A stretch of DNA of 64,000 nucleotides from Pseudomonadota bacterium (GCA_016711215.1 JADJTL010000003.1:256709-320708), one strand, 5' to 3'; positions 11,389 to 21,343 are shown, counted from the first letter of the stretch. Notes: generated by a model from the letters alone, not told the origin. A program made the numbers and translations.

Positions 11389-13863
11389 CTAGCGCAAGTC
11401 GTTGGCCTGGAGCGGGTCGCCCTGGGCCAGCGCACGCAAGCGGTCGACGATCGTGGGCTGAGCGACGATGGCGCGCTGCTCGTCGTCGCTCAGCACGCCC
11501 ACCGTCTGCATCGCATGCAGAAAGCGTCCGAGCTGCTCCTCGAGCGCCTGCCGACTGGCCGTCGAGAGACGCTCGAGATCGGCGCTGTTCACCACCGCGA
11601 GCGACAATACGGTCTCGGCCCGCACGCGCAGCAGGCGGGCTGCCGCGTTGAGCACGAGGTCGCCCGGCACGGCGAAGCCGAGGGTCACCCCGCCGTGCTC
11701 GACGGCCATCACGCGGCCAACACCCGAGATCAGGATCGCCAGCGGCGCCTCGGGTTCGATGCTGAGCGGCTCGCCGGGACGGAAGATGCGCGAGCGCCCC
11801 TCGGTCAGCGCGAGCTGCGAGATCCACTGCTCATCCGTCGGCGTGGTTAGCGGGCAGAGGTGCAACGCCGTGTCCCAGTAGAGCTGACGGAGCGTCTCCA
11901 TCACGACCGTCGTCGCCGCGCGCTCGGTCGCCTGGCGCAGGCTACGCCGCTTGATCACGCCGATCTCGCAGCCCGTGGCGGCCGTCAAGGTCGCCGTATT
12001 CGGCATTCCATAGAGGGTGCCGATCTCGCCCAAGAACGAGCCGGCGCCAAAGGGGCCCAGCTCCTGTGCCAGCGTGCCGCGAAGGCGGCTGGCGTTGAGC
12101 TCACCCTGCCGCAGGAGGTAGAGGATCTCACCGCGGCCACCCTGGGCGTGCAGCGTCTCCCCGGCCTCCAGCGTGATGGTCTCCGCGACCTCGGCCACGG
12201 CCAGCGGCAGCTCGAGCAGCGGCCCGCAGAAGAGCAGGCTGTTCTTATCGACCACCGAGGGCCACGGTAGCGGCTTCCTGACGAAGGTCGCGAGATCGAT
12301 CGCCGGGGGGAGATCGACCGTCAGCCGCGCGGTCACGAACTGCTGCAGCTCGCGCCTGCAAGCGAGCTTCAGCTCCTCGCTTTGCGAGCGCCGCACGAGC
12401 TCCTCGAGCATTGAGCGCGCGTCGTGGCGAAAGCCCTCGCGCAGCAGGTCTCGAGCCATCACCAGCTGCAGCATCTCCAAGGAGCGGTTCTCGTCGGCGA
12501 ACGCGCGCACCAGCCCGAGCTGTTCCTCGGTCAGCAGGCGCTCGGCGATCCAGACGTACTCCTGCGCCACCTCGAAGGGAATGGCCCCGGAACTCACCGC
12601 CTGCAGGAACTCGCGCTCCTGTTGCAGGAGCGTCTCATCCAGCTCGGGAATCAGCTCGAGGTCTTCCTCCGCGCGCTCGAGCTGACCGGCCCCGATCGCG
12701 CGCCGAATCCAGAAGAGCTCCCCCTCCTGCTGGGTGTTCTCCGCCGCTGGAGCGCGTCCAGCCCCCAAGGCCCAGGCGGCCACACGCACCACATCCAGCA
12801 CGCCCTGATGCCAGCGACCACGCAGAGCCTCGACCGCCACCACGCTGCGCCGAGCGGCATTGCGTACGCTCTCATCGGTCGCGCCGCTGGACGCGGTGAT
12901 CGCGCCGAGCTGCTGAAGGGCCCGGTCGAAGAGACCCGCCTGGGCCAGATCCCAGGCCAGCAGCAGGCGCAAACGCGGGTAGCCGGACTTCTCTTCAACG
13001 AGCGACTCGGCCAGGCCGGCCACCTGCGGTGTCATCGCCTGCGAGGTCGTCCAGAGGTACTCGCCGACGACGCTCGCCCCGATGCGGCCGGCATGCACTT
13101 CGGCGACCAGATCGAGCAGACAGAGCACGTCATCACCCAGCGCGAGGCCGAGGGTCGCGAGCGGCGCGAGAATATCTTCGGCCTCACCGACGCGATTGGC
13201 CATCAGCGCCTGGCGCCCGAGCGGCACGCAGGCCCAGGGCTGGCGAACGGCCAGGGCCGCCTGCCCGAGCGCCCGCAAACCCTCTCGCTGGCAGCCCGTG
13301 GCGAGCATCACCTGGCCCCAAAACAACCAGAGCTGGGCCACCGCTATCGAATCACCAGCGAGCAGCGCTGCAGCCTCGACGACCCGAACCCGCGCATGGC
13401 CGAAGTCGCCTTGGAGCGAGGCAACCGCGGCTCGCAGCGCGAGCGTCACCGCCTGACTCGCCGGATCGACCTGGCGGGCAATCGTCAGCGCGAGATCCGC
13501 GGCGGTGCGCGCGACGTCGAGCTGACCGCTGCGCACGAGCCCCGTCGCCCGCCAGAGCCAAGACAACCAGCGCACGTCGGCGCTGCCGGCCTGCACGTTG
13601 CTGAGCCGCTGGAGCAGCTTCTCGGCGGCGGCCGCCCGCCCGCCGTGGCAGACGTGGTCGACCCCCTCGATGAGCTCGCCAAAGGCGCGCCCAAGGTCGG
13701 CATCGCCCGCGCCAAGCTCCGCGACAAGCGGGCGCGCAGCCTCCAGATCGCCGGCAACGAGGCTCTGTCGCAGCTTGGTGAGGTTCATGGCGGATCGCCT
13801 GGAAACATGGTGGAGCGCTCTAGCGCGTGGTGCCCAATCCACAAGCCGGCGCGGCTCGCGCAC
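11389..13863 (-). CDS. Large TPR-like protein with two C-terminal cyclic-nucleotide-binding (cNMP) domains
   Basis: C-terminal half contains two cNMP-like beta-roll segments (FLGEIGTLYGMPNTATLTAATGCEIGVI and LISGVGRVMAVEHGGVTLGF...). N-terminal half is helical-repeat rich (TPR-like). Last gene of a five-gene minus-strand operon. Confidence 0.6.
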   Translation of the reverse strand: MREPRRLVDWAPRARALHHVSRRSAMNLTKLRQSLVAGDLEAARPLVAELGAGDADLGRAFGELIEGVDHVCHGGRAAAAEKLLQRLSNVQAGSADVRWLSWLWRATGLVRSGQLDVARTAADLALTIARQVDPASQAVTLALRAAVASLQGDFGHARVRVVEAAALLAGDSIAVAQLWLFWGQVMLATGCQREGLRALGQAALAVRQPWACVPLGRQALMANRVGEAEDILAPLATLGLALGDDVLCLLDLVAEVHAGRIGASVVGEYLWTTSQAMTPQVAGLAESLVEEKSGYPRLRLLLAWDLAQAGLFDRALQQLGAITASSGATDESVRNAARRSVVAVEALRGRWHQGVLDVVRVAAWALGAGRAPAAENTQQEGELFWIRRAIGAGQLERAEEDLELIPELDETLLQQEREFLQAVSSGAIPFEVAQEYVWIAERLLTEEQLGLVRAFADENRSLEMLQLVMARDLLREGFRHDARSMLEELVRRSQSEELKLACRRELQQFVTARLTVDLPPAIDLATFVRKPLPWPSVVDKNSLLFCGPLLELPLAVAEVAETITLEAGETLHAQGGRGEILYLLRQGELNASRLRGTLAQELGPFGAGSFLGEIGTLYGMPNTATLTAATGCEIGVIKRRSLRQATERAATTVVMETLRQLYWDTALHLCPLTTPTDEQWISQLALTEGRSRIFRPGEPLSIEPEAPLAILISGVGRVMAVEHGGVTLGFAVPGDLVLNAAARLLRVRAETVLSLAVVNSADLERLSTASRQALEEQLGRFLHAMQTVGVLSDDEQRAIVAQPTIVDRLRALAQGDPLQANDLR

Positions 13864-13884
13864 GCGCCCGTGCCGGGTCCTGGG

Positions 13885-15156
13885 TCACCGCGCCTTCGTC
13901 GCCGCGAAGTCGTGATCGTGGAGGCGCAGCTCAACCACCTCATGGGACGGCACCTCGACGACCTTCTCGAACTCCCGGCCGGTCCCGGGGAAGCGAAAGA
14001 GGAAGCGATGCGGGCCCTTCGGCAACACGAGGTCGCAGGGCGCCCACTGGCCAGGCGTAACGCCGTCAACGACGACCTCAATCGGCAGCTCGGAACGCAC
14101 GACCACCCGACCCGGCTGCGGCGAGAGCATCACCACCAGTCGATAGACCACAAAGAGCGCGGAGAGGGTCGCGACGAGCGCGAAGATGATGCCGCGCACC
14201 GGAAGACGGGCCCCCGCCGGCCACGACCAAAGGCCGGTCCGCTGGGAGGAGAGGGCCGGGGGCGTCGTCGTCGACGCGGCCGTCGGAACCGCGTCGGCCG
14301 CCGTGGCCGCTGGCGTCAGCTCCGCCATGGCCACGCTGCGCGCGGTTGTATCCGCGACCGCCGCCGAGCGCGCCGCCTGGCGCAGATTGGCGCGCCAAAC
14401 ATCCTCCGTCTGCCGACCGCGTGGAAACACGCGCTTGACCAACTCGGCGACGCATTCGCGCGTCGTGCTCTGGCCCTTCGTCCGCTCCTCGATCGCCTCG
14501 CGCAAACGCGACACGCTGCGCTCGGCCAAGGCACCCTCGATCAGCCCGGCCGCGAGCGAGCCTGCGGGCGGCCCGGCCGCCTCTTGCTCAGCGGTGGACA
14601 GCGTCCCCGTGAGCATCTCGTGCAGGCAAAGCCCCAGCGCGCGAATATCCGCCACCGGGTCGACGCCCGAGCCCGGCGCCAGCGGTCCTACCAGGTGGAC
14701 CGCGCCATCGTCGCTGAGTACGACACTCCGCGTGCGAATCTGGCAGCGGACCGGATCCTTCGCCTTGACACGCTGATGGATGTGCTCGAGCGCCAAGCAC
14801 AGCTCGCGCGTCACCCAGAGCGCGGTGGCCTCGTCGACTGCCTGCTGCTGCAGCACGAGCCGCCGCACGATCCCGCGCAGGTCCTTGCCCAAGGCAAGCT
14901 CGCGCACGGAGAAGACCGCCTCGCCATCGCGACCCGTTTCCATTTGCCGGCAGAGCACGGGATGTTCGAAGCGTCGCTCGACCTCGACCGTGGCGAGGAA
15001 GGGCCGCACCTCCGCTGGTGGCGCGACCCGCTTGAGCAGGAGCAGCGCCGGATCGCCCGGTCGAACGCAAACGTAGCTCTCGCTGCCCTCGCCAACGTGC
15101 AGCCGTTCGCCAAGGTGAAAGCCGCCGAGCGTCGAGCCTCTGCTGTCCTGCGCCAC
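13885..15156 (-). CDS. Ser/Thr protein kinase-like protein (probable pseudokinase) with TM segment and C-terminal PEGA domain
   Basis: Kinase-fold N-terminus. The catalytic loop reads HQRVKAKDPVRCQ instead of HRDxKPxN, and no DFG is present. C-terminal TM segment (IIFALVATLSALFVVYRLVV) and PEGA-like beta segment (VVVRSELPIEVVVDG...). Confidence 0.55.
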   Translation of the reverse strand: MAQDSRGSTLGGFHLGERLHVGEGSESYVCVRPGDPALLLLKRVAPPAEVRPFLATVEVERRFEHPVLCRQMETGRDGEAVFSVRELALGKDLRGIVRRLVLQQQAVDEATALWVTRELCLALEHIHQRVKAKDPVRCQIRTRSVVLSDDGAVHLVGPLAPGSGVDPVADIRALGLCLHEMLTGTLSTAEQEAAGPPAGSLAAGLIEGALAERSVSRLREAIEERTKGQSTTRECVAELVKRVFPRGRQTEDVWRANLRQAARSAAVADTTARSVAMAELTPAATAADAVPTAASTTTPPALSSQRTGLWSWPAGARLPVRGIIFALVATLSALFVVYRLVVMLSPQPGRVVVRSELPIEVVVDGVTPGQWAPCDLVLPKGPHRFLFRFPGTGREFEKVVEVPSHEVVELRLHDHDFAATKAR

Positions 15157-16056
15157 CTAGAAGCCCCCCCGAAGCACGAGCTCCGCACCCGTCACCGGCG
15201 CACCGCCGGCCGCTGCGCCCAAGGGCGTAACGCCCAGCGTCAGTGGCCCCGCGACGCCCCCCTGTGGCCCCCTGGTCCCGCGCTCCGCGGGCCAGATCAG
15301 CAACGCCGTCGCGGCGGCCGCGAGCACCCCACCGGCGGCCAGCAACCCGACGCCGATCTGCTTCTTGAGGCGCCCATCGTCGCTGCGCCTGAGCGCCTCG
15401 GCGCGCGTCATCTCGAGCACCTTCGCCGGATCGCCGTAGCCGAGCAGATCCTCGATTCCAGCGTGGTCGCGAGCGCCCAGCACAAAGGCCACTCCCCCCG
15501 CGGCGACGGCGGCCAAGGCCACGGGCAGCACGACCCAGCCGGCGGTGCTCCGCCACGCCCCGGGCTCCGCGGGCTGCAGCGCCGGCGCGGCCGGTGGCGG
15601 CGCCGCCTCGATCGGGCGCGTGGCCTGGGCACCAGTGACCCGCGCCTGGACGAGCGTTTCATAGCGCTGGGCCGAGCGCAGCTTGGCCTCACCCGAGGAG
15701 TCCGGATGGTCCATGCAGCGCCGGTAGCTGGCAAGCGCTCGGTCGAGCTCGCCGAGCGCCTCGAAGCTGCGCCCGATGTTGTAGAGGAGGTTCGGCACCG
15801 GAAGCACGCCATAGGCTGTTTCGAAGCGCGCGAGGGCCTCGCGATAGGCGCCGGCGCGAAAGAGCGCCACACCCTCGGCGTAGAGGGCTTCGACGCGGCG
15901 CGCCGGATCCGTGGCCTGGGACGGCTCTTGGCCCGCGCCACTCGCCGCGCCCTCGGCGCGCGCGAGCGCCGGCGCGCCGAGGACCAAGACGAGCAGAAGG
16001 GTCAACCAAGGCATGCGCGGGTCCATGGGCGCTCCGTTTCCTAGGCGTCTCATCAT
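15157..16056 (-). CDS. TPR-repeat protein with signal peptide and a C-terminal TM helix
   Basis: Signal peptide MPWLTLLLVLVLGAPALA. TPR-like helices (ALYAEGVALFRAGAYREALARFETAY...NIGRSFEALGELDRALASYRRC). Confidence 0.5.
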   Translation of the reverse strand: MMRRLGNGAPMDPRMPWLTLLLVLVLGAPALARAEGAASGAGQEPSQATDPARRVEALYAEGVALFRAGAYREALARFETAYGVLPVPNLLYNIGRSFEALGELDRALASYRRCMDHPDSSGEAKLRSAQRYETLVQARVTGAQATRPIEAAPPPAAPALQPAEPGAWRSTAGWVVLPVALAAVAAGGVAFVLGARDHAGIEDLLGYGDPAKVLEMTRAEALRRSDDGRLKKQIGVGLLAAGGVLAAAATALLIWPAERGTRGPQGGVAGPLTLGVTPLGAAAGGAPVTGAELVLRGGF

Positions 16057-16628
16057 TCCGGCTCGCCGACGACACCGATGGCCGGTCGACGATCATCGGG
16101 GATCAGATCGATTCGCGGCGCGTCGGGCCTCGCGGCGGCGCGCGTCGGCGCGGGCGGAGCATCGAGTTCGTCTCCAGCGGGCGTCGCCGCTGAGCCTTCA
16201 GCGCGTGCGGCCGGCGCGAGCGTACCAGCGCCCGCGATCGCCGTGACCTTGGCCGCCGCCGCTCCGCTCAACGAACCCTTGAACGGGCGCGGGTCACGTG
16301 AGCGAGCGCTCGCGGACAGGCGCGGCTGCTGCGACCGCCGCGCCTCCGCAACCTGGTCCGTCGCGGCGGGGCTCGCGGCCGCGGCCGCAGCCGCAGCCGC
16401 CCCTACCGGCGCCACTCCTGCGCGCCCAGTCGGCGTGACTGCTGCCCCCGCGGGATCCTCCGCGTGGCCCGCGCGACCATCCGCCGCCCGCTCGCCGGCG
16501 ACAACCTCCAGCACGCGGCGGCCAGGACCGCCACGCGGCCCATGCGGAACGAGGGCCATGACCAGCGCCAGCGTGATCGCCAGCGCCCCCACCACCCACA
16601 TCCAAATTCTGTACTTGCGCTCGGCCAA
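16053..16628 (-). CDS. Hypothetical single-pass membrane protein with an Ala/Pro-rich tail
   Basis: N-terminal TM helix (IWMWVVGALAITLALVMALV). Its stop overlaps the start of the downstream TPR gene. Confidence 0.4.
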   Translation of the reverse strand: MAERKYRIWMWVVGALAITLALVMALVPHGPRGGPGRRVLEVVAGERAADGRAGHAEDPAGAAVTPTGRAGVAPVGAAAAAAAAASPAATDQVAEARRSQQPRLSASARSRDPRPFKGSLSGAAAAKVTAIAGAGTLAPAARAEGSAATPAGDELDAPPAPTRAAARPDAPRIDLIPDDRRPAIGVVGEPE

Positions 16629-16635
16629 GACCCGC

Positions 16636-18219
16636 CTACTCCCGCGTCAGAAGCCCCAGCGGCTTGAGGCTATGGTCGGCCTGGAGCTCGACCGCGTAGA
16701 GTCGCTTCGTCGCCTGATGGCTCACCGGCGAGTACGCGAGCGGCGCGCCTATGCCGACGTCCACGCTCAGGGTCTCAAGCGTGTCGATGAAGGACTCGGT
16801 CGTCAGATCGGGCCCGTGCTGGCGCAGCGCGGAAAGGAGCAGCTTGGCCGAGAGATAGCCCTCGAGGGCAATCGGACTGGTCACGGTCGCCAGCTTCAGC
16901 TCCTCGGAGGCGTCTGTTTCGTGGCGCGTGAAGTAGGCGGCCTGGTCCTCGCGGAACTCGAGCACCGCGCTGGCGCTCGACGACCCCGGAGTCGGGTCGG
17001 GCACGGTGGTGGCGATCACCGTCTTGGCGGCGGCCGAGTTCGTCGGATCGCAGTAGATACCGAAGAGGCTCTTGAGCGCGATACCCACCGGCGACAGCGC
17101 CAAATAGCGCCGGGTCTTGACCTTCTTCAGCTGCGCGATCTCCTGGGTCGATGGGGCCGGAGCGAACCAGCTCGACGGCGCGCTGCCGGTCGCCTGCACG
17201 GCCTTGATCTCAGCCTCGAGGCCGCAGATAAAGCTCGCGGCGGCGTTGGGCAGCGCCGCGATCACGACCGCCGTGGCGACATCGCCATCGACGGCCGGCA
17301 CCCGACCCGCCGCGCTGGCAGGTTGCGCCATCCAGCGCAGAATTTCACCGATCGCGCGACTCGTATTGACCGCCGCTGCCCCTGCGTTATACGAGGCCGC
17401 AAGCACCGCCTCCTCGGCGATCTGGTGGGCCGCCAGGCCGCGCACCACGCCCCGACGCCCGCTCGCACCGAATTCGTCGAGATCCTGCGGTCCATTCGTC
17501 CCTGCGAACTCACTGACGCCCTGGCCAAAGGCCGCCACGTTCTGCGGCGGAATCCGGAGCGTGCTCAGCGCGTAGGCCGTGAGCTGCTCCGCCTCCTCCG
17601 AGTAGCGCGCCCGGACATTGAAGACGTAGCGCGCCGGCGGATCCTCCTCCAACTCGTCGGCCCCGCTGCCCGGCGCGAAGAGCAGCACCCGCTTCTCCGT
17701 GGCCAGCCTCGCGGCCGCCAGCGCATTGGGACTGCCCAACACGCCAACCAGCGCGAAGGCCTTGCGCGGGGTGCCGCCGATCAGCTCCTCTGCCTTCTCC
17801 AGGGTGAGGGCTGCCTTGTACTCGTCCTCCTCGACCTCGACCACCACCTCGCGCCCGAAGACACCACCGGTGCTGTTGGCCTTGTCGAAATAGGCGCGAA
17901 AACCCAGCAGGGCCTGCCGACCCACCGGCGCGAGGGCGGAGAGTCCCTCGGTGATCGCCGCCGTCATGCCCAGCACCAATCGGCCGTCGGAGACCCCGTT
18001 GACGTCTTTATAGGCGGCGACGCACTCGCGCGGATTGCCCTGACAGACGAAGCCCCCGCCGCAGTCCGCGCTGGCCTGGCAGCTGAAGCGAAGGCCCTCG
18101 AGACTCGGTCCGTTGCAGCCACCGCCCACGGCGATTGCCAGGACGCAGGCGCTAGACGCTCGCAGAATCTGCCCCAAACCCATCGATGACCCCGTTAACA
18201 GCGGCCGAAGGAGCCGCAT
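16636..18219 (-). CDS. Periplasmic ligand-binding protein of the branched-chain amino acid ABC type (Peripla_BP_6/LivK-like) with an extra Cys-rich N-terminal module
   Basis: Signal peptide. Cys-rich segment CNGPSLEGLRFSCQASADCGGGFVCQGNPREC. The remainder resembles type-I periplasmic binding fold proteins (ALVGVLGSPNALAAARLATEKRVLLFAPGSGADEL). Confidence 0.6.
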   Translation of the reverse strand: MRLLRPLLTGSSMGLGQILRASSACVLAIAVGGGCNGPSLEGLRFSCQASADCGGGFVCQGNPRECVAAYKDVNGVSDGRLVLGMTAAITEGLSALAPVGRQALLGFRAYFDKANSTGGVFGREVVVEVEEDEYKAALTLEKAEELIGGTPRKAFALVGVLGSPNALAAARLATEKRVLLFAPGSGADELEEDPPARYVFNVRARYSEEAEQLTAYALSTLRIPPQNVAAFGQGVSEFAGTNGPQDLDEFGASGRRGVVRGLAAHQIAEEAVLAASYNAGAAAVNTSRAIGEILRWMAQPASAAGRVPAVDGDVATAVVIAALPNAAASFICGLEAEIKAVQATGSAPSSWFAPAPSTQEIAQLKKVKTRRYLALSPVGIALKSLFGIYCDPTNSAAAKTVIATTVPDPTPGSSSASAVLEFREDQAAYFTRHETDASEELKLATVTSPIALEGYLSAKLLLSALRQHGPDLTTESFIDTLETLSVDVGIGAPLAYSPVSHQATKRLYAVELQADHSLKPLGLLTRE

Positions 18220-18324
18220 TGAAGCGTGACACGCAGCTGATTGCAACCGAGCGTACTACGAACCATCCGCGGGAGCCAAGTGCGCCCAGCCCGCCTGTAG
18301 CAGCCCAAGGGGGGGCGGTCGAGC

Positions 18325-19434
18325 TTGGAGCGATCCACCTTGCCCGCTACGCTGGCCGCATGCTGGTCGGCGCTCCGGCGAAAGGGAGGTGCGGGCGTGA
18401 GGCAGGGCTCCTTTGGTCCCCATTTTCGGCTGCTTTGCGTGATGGTGATCGTCACGGGGATCGATCAGCCGCGCAGCCGCGCGCGCGCGGCTGGCGCGGG
18501 CTTGGGACCCTTCGCAGCGGCATGGTGGCGGCTCGGTGAAGCGGCGGGGCCGCGCCCGGAGGCGCGCGCCCGCTGCGCGGCTGCCGCGGCGCCCAGCGCC
18601 TTGGCGCGCTTGCTGGCAGAGCTCGGTGATGCGGGCCTGGCTGCACCGGACGACCGCGCCCGGCTCCGCAGCTGGCATCGGGTGATCTTCGGCAAGTGGC
18701 GCTTCAGCGCGCTGCCAGCGGGCGGCCCGCCGACCCTGGCGGCAACGCAGCTGCCTGCGCTGTTGGCCCGCCGGCAGGGAAGCTGCCTGGGCCTCGGCGC
18801 CCTCTACCTGGCCCTGGGGGAGGCGCTCGGGCTGCCGCTGCGGGGTGTGCTCGTCCCGGGTCACTTCTTCGTGCGCCTGCAGGCGCACGATGGGGGCCCC
18901 GCGCGCAACGTCGAGCTGCTTGCCGCGGGGCGCGCGTATAGCGATGACTGGTATCGGCGCAGGTACCGCGTTCCCGCCGACCATCCGCTCTACCTGCGCT
19001 CGCTCTCCTCCGCCGAGAGCCTCGCCGTCTTGCGCTACGAGCTCGCGAACGCGCTGCGCGGCGCCGGCGCCTTGCAGGCCGCCCGCGCCCACTACGCCTT
19101 GGTCGTCGACCAGCTCCCGGCTTTCGCCGAGGCGCAGAGCAACCTGGGCCTCAGCGAGCAGCTCCTTGGCGATCGCGCGGCGGCGGCGCGATCGTACCGT
19201 CGCGCGCTCCGCGCCGGCGCGCCGGCAGCCGGGATCAGGCGCAATCTTCGGCGGCTGGCGCGCGAGCGCCCCTCGCGCTGGCGCGCGCCGGGCCCGCCAG
19301 CGGCTCCTGCTGGGTCAAGCAATGGAGCGTACCCAGTCCCCATACCAGATCAACCGCGTGAATGCCGACCACCGGACGATCGCGAAACAGCTCGGCCAGC
19401 ACGCCCAGCGCCTGCCGATCACGCGGATCGTTGA
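18325..19434 (+). CDS. Transglutaminase-like (Cys-His-Asp fold) protein with C-terminal TPR repeats
   Basis: Motif RQGSCLGLGALYLALGEALGLPLRGVLVPGHFFV matches the transglutaminase-like core (G-x-C...GIPAR...H). TPR-like helices follow. The 3' ~200 bp overlap the convergent aguA. Confidence 0.5.
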   Translation: MERSTLPATLAACWSALRRKGGAGVRQGSFGPHFRLLCVMVIVTGIDQPRSRARAAGAGLGPFAAAWWRLGEAAGPRPEARARCAAAAAPSALARLLAELGDAGLAAPDDRARLRSWHRVIFGKWRFSALPAGGPPTLAATQLPALLARRQGSCLGLGALYLALGEALGLPLRGVLVPGHFFVRLQAHDGGPARNVELLAAGRAYSDDWYRRRYRVPADHPLYLRSLSSAESLAVLRYELANALRGAGALQAARAHYALVVDQLPAFAEAQSNLGLSEQLLGDRAAAARSYRRALRAGAPAAGIRRNLRRLARERPSRWRAPGPPAAPAGSSNGAYPVPIPDQPRECRPPDDRETARPARPAPADHADR

Positions 19435-20407
19435 AGGTCGGCACCAGCACCGCCGCATTGCCGACATAGAAGTTGGCGTAGCTGGCAGGCAGGCGCCGCC
19501 CGCCGAACCAGAGCGGAGCCGGCATCGGCAGCGCCACCACCTGCGGACGCGATCCGTCCTCGAGGCGCAGCGCCTGCAGGCGCTCGCGGTTCTCCGCCAG
19601 CGCCCCGTAGTTGGCGTCGCGCGGGTCGTCCTCGCTGCAGAGCACGACAGTGCGCCGGTCGACGAAGCGGCAGAGATCGTCGACGTGGCCGTGGGTATCG
19701 TCGCCGGCGATCCCGCGACCGAGCCAGAGCACCTGGCTGATCCCGAGGTAGTCGGCCAAGAGCCGCTCGTAGCCACGCCGGTCGAGGCCCGAATTGCGCA
19801 CCTGAACCTCAGGATCGAGCAGGCATTCCTCCGTCACCAGGGCGCTACCGTAGCCGTTGACGTCGATCGCCCCGCCCTCGAGCACGAAGTCGCGCGCGCC
19901 GCGGCGGGCCCGCAGCACCGGCAGGCCCAGGTGACGCGCCGCGCGCTCCGCCAGGCGCGCATCCAGCTGCCAATCCGAGTAACGCGCCCACGCGTTGAAG
20001 CCGAAGCTGCAGACCTTCAGCGCGCTGTCCTGCGCGCGCCGGTCGTCGACGAAAACGGGCCCGCTATCACGGAGCCAGCCGCGATTGGTCGGCCAGGGCA
20101 ACCAGTCGATCTGAGCGAGATCGACGCCGACGCGCGCGAGCACCGAGCGAGCCCGCCGCTCGACCGCCGTGGAGGCGACGACGAGGCGGAGTCGTTCGCC
20201 TGGCGCCAGGCGGCGCACGATCTCACCGAAGACCCAGTGGATCGCACCCAGCTTGCCGGGCCAGTCGCTCGCGTTATGGGGCCAGGCCAGCCACGTCGCG
20301 GCATGCCGCTCCCATTCGGCGGGCATCCGGTAGCGCAACCCAGCCGGCGGCGCTGCCTCCCCCGTGCCCACCGCGATCCTCCGCGTCGGCGGCGTCGCCC
20401 GGCTCAT
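19235..20407 (-). CDS. aguA: Agmatine deiminase
   Basis: PAD_porph family signature N-terminus (MPAEWERHAATWLAWPHNASDWPGKL). 390 aa. Directly downstream of aguB and speA. Confidence 0.85.
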   Translation of the reverse strand: MSRATPPTRRIAVGTGEAAPPAGLRYRMPAEWERHAATWLAWPHNASDWPGKLGAIHWVFGEIVRRLAPGERLRLVVASTAVERRARSVLARVGVDLAQIDWLPWPTNRGWLRDSGPVFVDDRRAQDSALKVCSFGFNAWARYSDWQLDARLAERAARHLGLPVLRARRGARDFVLEGGAIDVNGYGSALVTEECLLDPEVQVRNSGLDRRGYERLLADYLGISQVLWLGRGIAGDDTHGHVDDLCRFVDRRTVVLCSEDDPRDANYGALAENRERLQALRLEDGSRPQVVALPMPAPLWFGGRRLPASYANFYVGNAAVLVPTFNDPRDRQALGVLAELFRDRPVVGIHAVDLVWGLGTLHCLTQQEPLAGPARASARGARAPAAEDCA

Positions 20408-21321
20408 TTGTCGATGAAGCGGCGCTGAAGATCAGCGTAGGCGTCGATGCGCCGATCGCGCAAGAAGGGCCAATGGCGTCGCACCTGCTCGATGCGGGAC
20501 GACTCGATGGTCGCCAGCAGGATCTGCTCGTCCGCCGCGCCCGCCTCCGCCAGGACGACGCCCTGCGGATCGCAGACGAACGACGAGCCCCAGAACTCGA
20601 TCCCCGCGCCCCCGGCCTCGCCGGGCTCATGACCGACGCGATTGGCCGCGGCAACGTACACGCCGTTCGCCACCGCATGGCCGCGCTGGACCGTGCGCCA
20701 GGCGTCGCGCTGCACGGCGCCCTCCGCCTGCTTCTCCTGCGGATGCCAACCGATGGCGGTCGGGTAGAAGAGCACCGACGCGCCGCGCAAGGCAGCCAAG
20801 CGTGCGGCCTCCGGGTACCACTGGTCCCAACAAATCAGCACGGCGATCCGCACCTGTCCCAAGTCGAAGGCGAGGAACCCGAGATCGCCGGGCGCGAAGT
20901 AGTATTTCTCGTAGTAGCCCGGATCATCCGGGATGTGCATCTTGCGGTAGACGCCGCTCAAGGCGCCCTCAGCGTCGAGCAGCGCCGCGCTGTTGTGAAA
21001 GACGCCTGCCGCGCGCCGCTCGAAGAGTGGAACGATCAGCGCGACCCGCTCGCGCCGCGCGACCGCCGCCAGCGCCTGCGTCGTCGGGCCGGGAATCGGC
21101 TCCGCCGCGTCGAAGTGCTGCACGGCTTCGTGCTGACAGAAATAGCGTCGAAGGAAGAGCTCGGGTAGGCAGACCAACGCGGCACCCCGCCCAGCGGCCT
21201 CCCCAATCAGCTCGGTGGCGCGGCGCAGGTTGTCGGCCGGCTCGGGGCCCATCGCCATCTGCACGAGCGCGATCTTGGTACTAGTCATGATCGAAGGGCG
21301 CTCCAGTCGCCGTGGCGCCAC
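20404..21321 (-). CDS. aguB: N-carbamoylputrescine amidase (carbon-nitrogen hydrolase)
   Basis: CN-hydrolase motifs (KIALVQM...CLPELF; catalytic Cys in VLICWDQWYPE). 305 aa. Confidence 0.85.
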   Translation of the reverse strand: MAPRRLERPSIMTSTKIALVQMAMGPEPADNLRRATELIGEAAGRGAALVCLPELFLRRYFCQHEAVQHFDAAEPIPGPTTQALAAVARRERVALIVPLFERRAAGVFHNSAALLDAEGALSGVYRKMHIPDDPGYYEKYYFAPGDLGFLAFDLGQVRIAVLICWDQWYPEAARLAALRGASVLFYPTAIGWHPQEKQAEGAVQRDAWRTVQRGHAVANGVYVAAANRVGHEPGEAGGAGIEFWGSSFVCDPQGVVLAEAGAADEQILLATIESSRIEQVRRHWPFLRDRRIDAYADLQRRFIDK

Positions 21322-21343
21322 GAAGCCTCACTCCCACAACCCG

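Noticed and set aside
12424-16044. 1206-aa plus-strand ORF
   Set aside because: It is antisense to four well-supported minus-strand genes. The translation is Arg/Ala/Pro-rich low-complexity, typical of spurious ORFs in 70% GC DNA.
16078-18189. 703-aa plus-strand ORF
   Set aside because: It is antisense to the periplasmic-binding-protein gene and has low-complexity composition.
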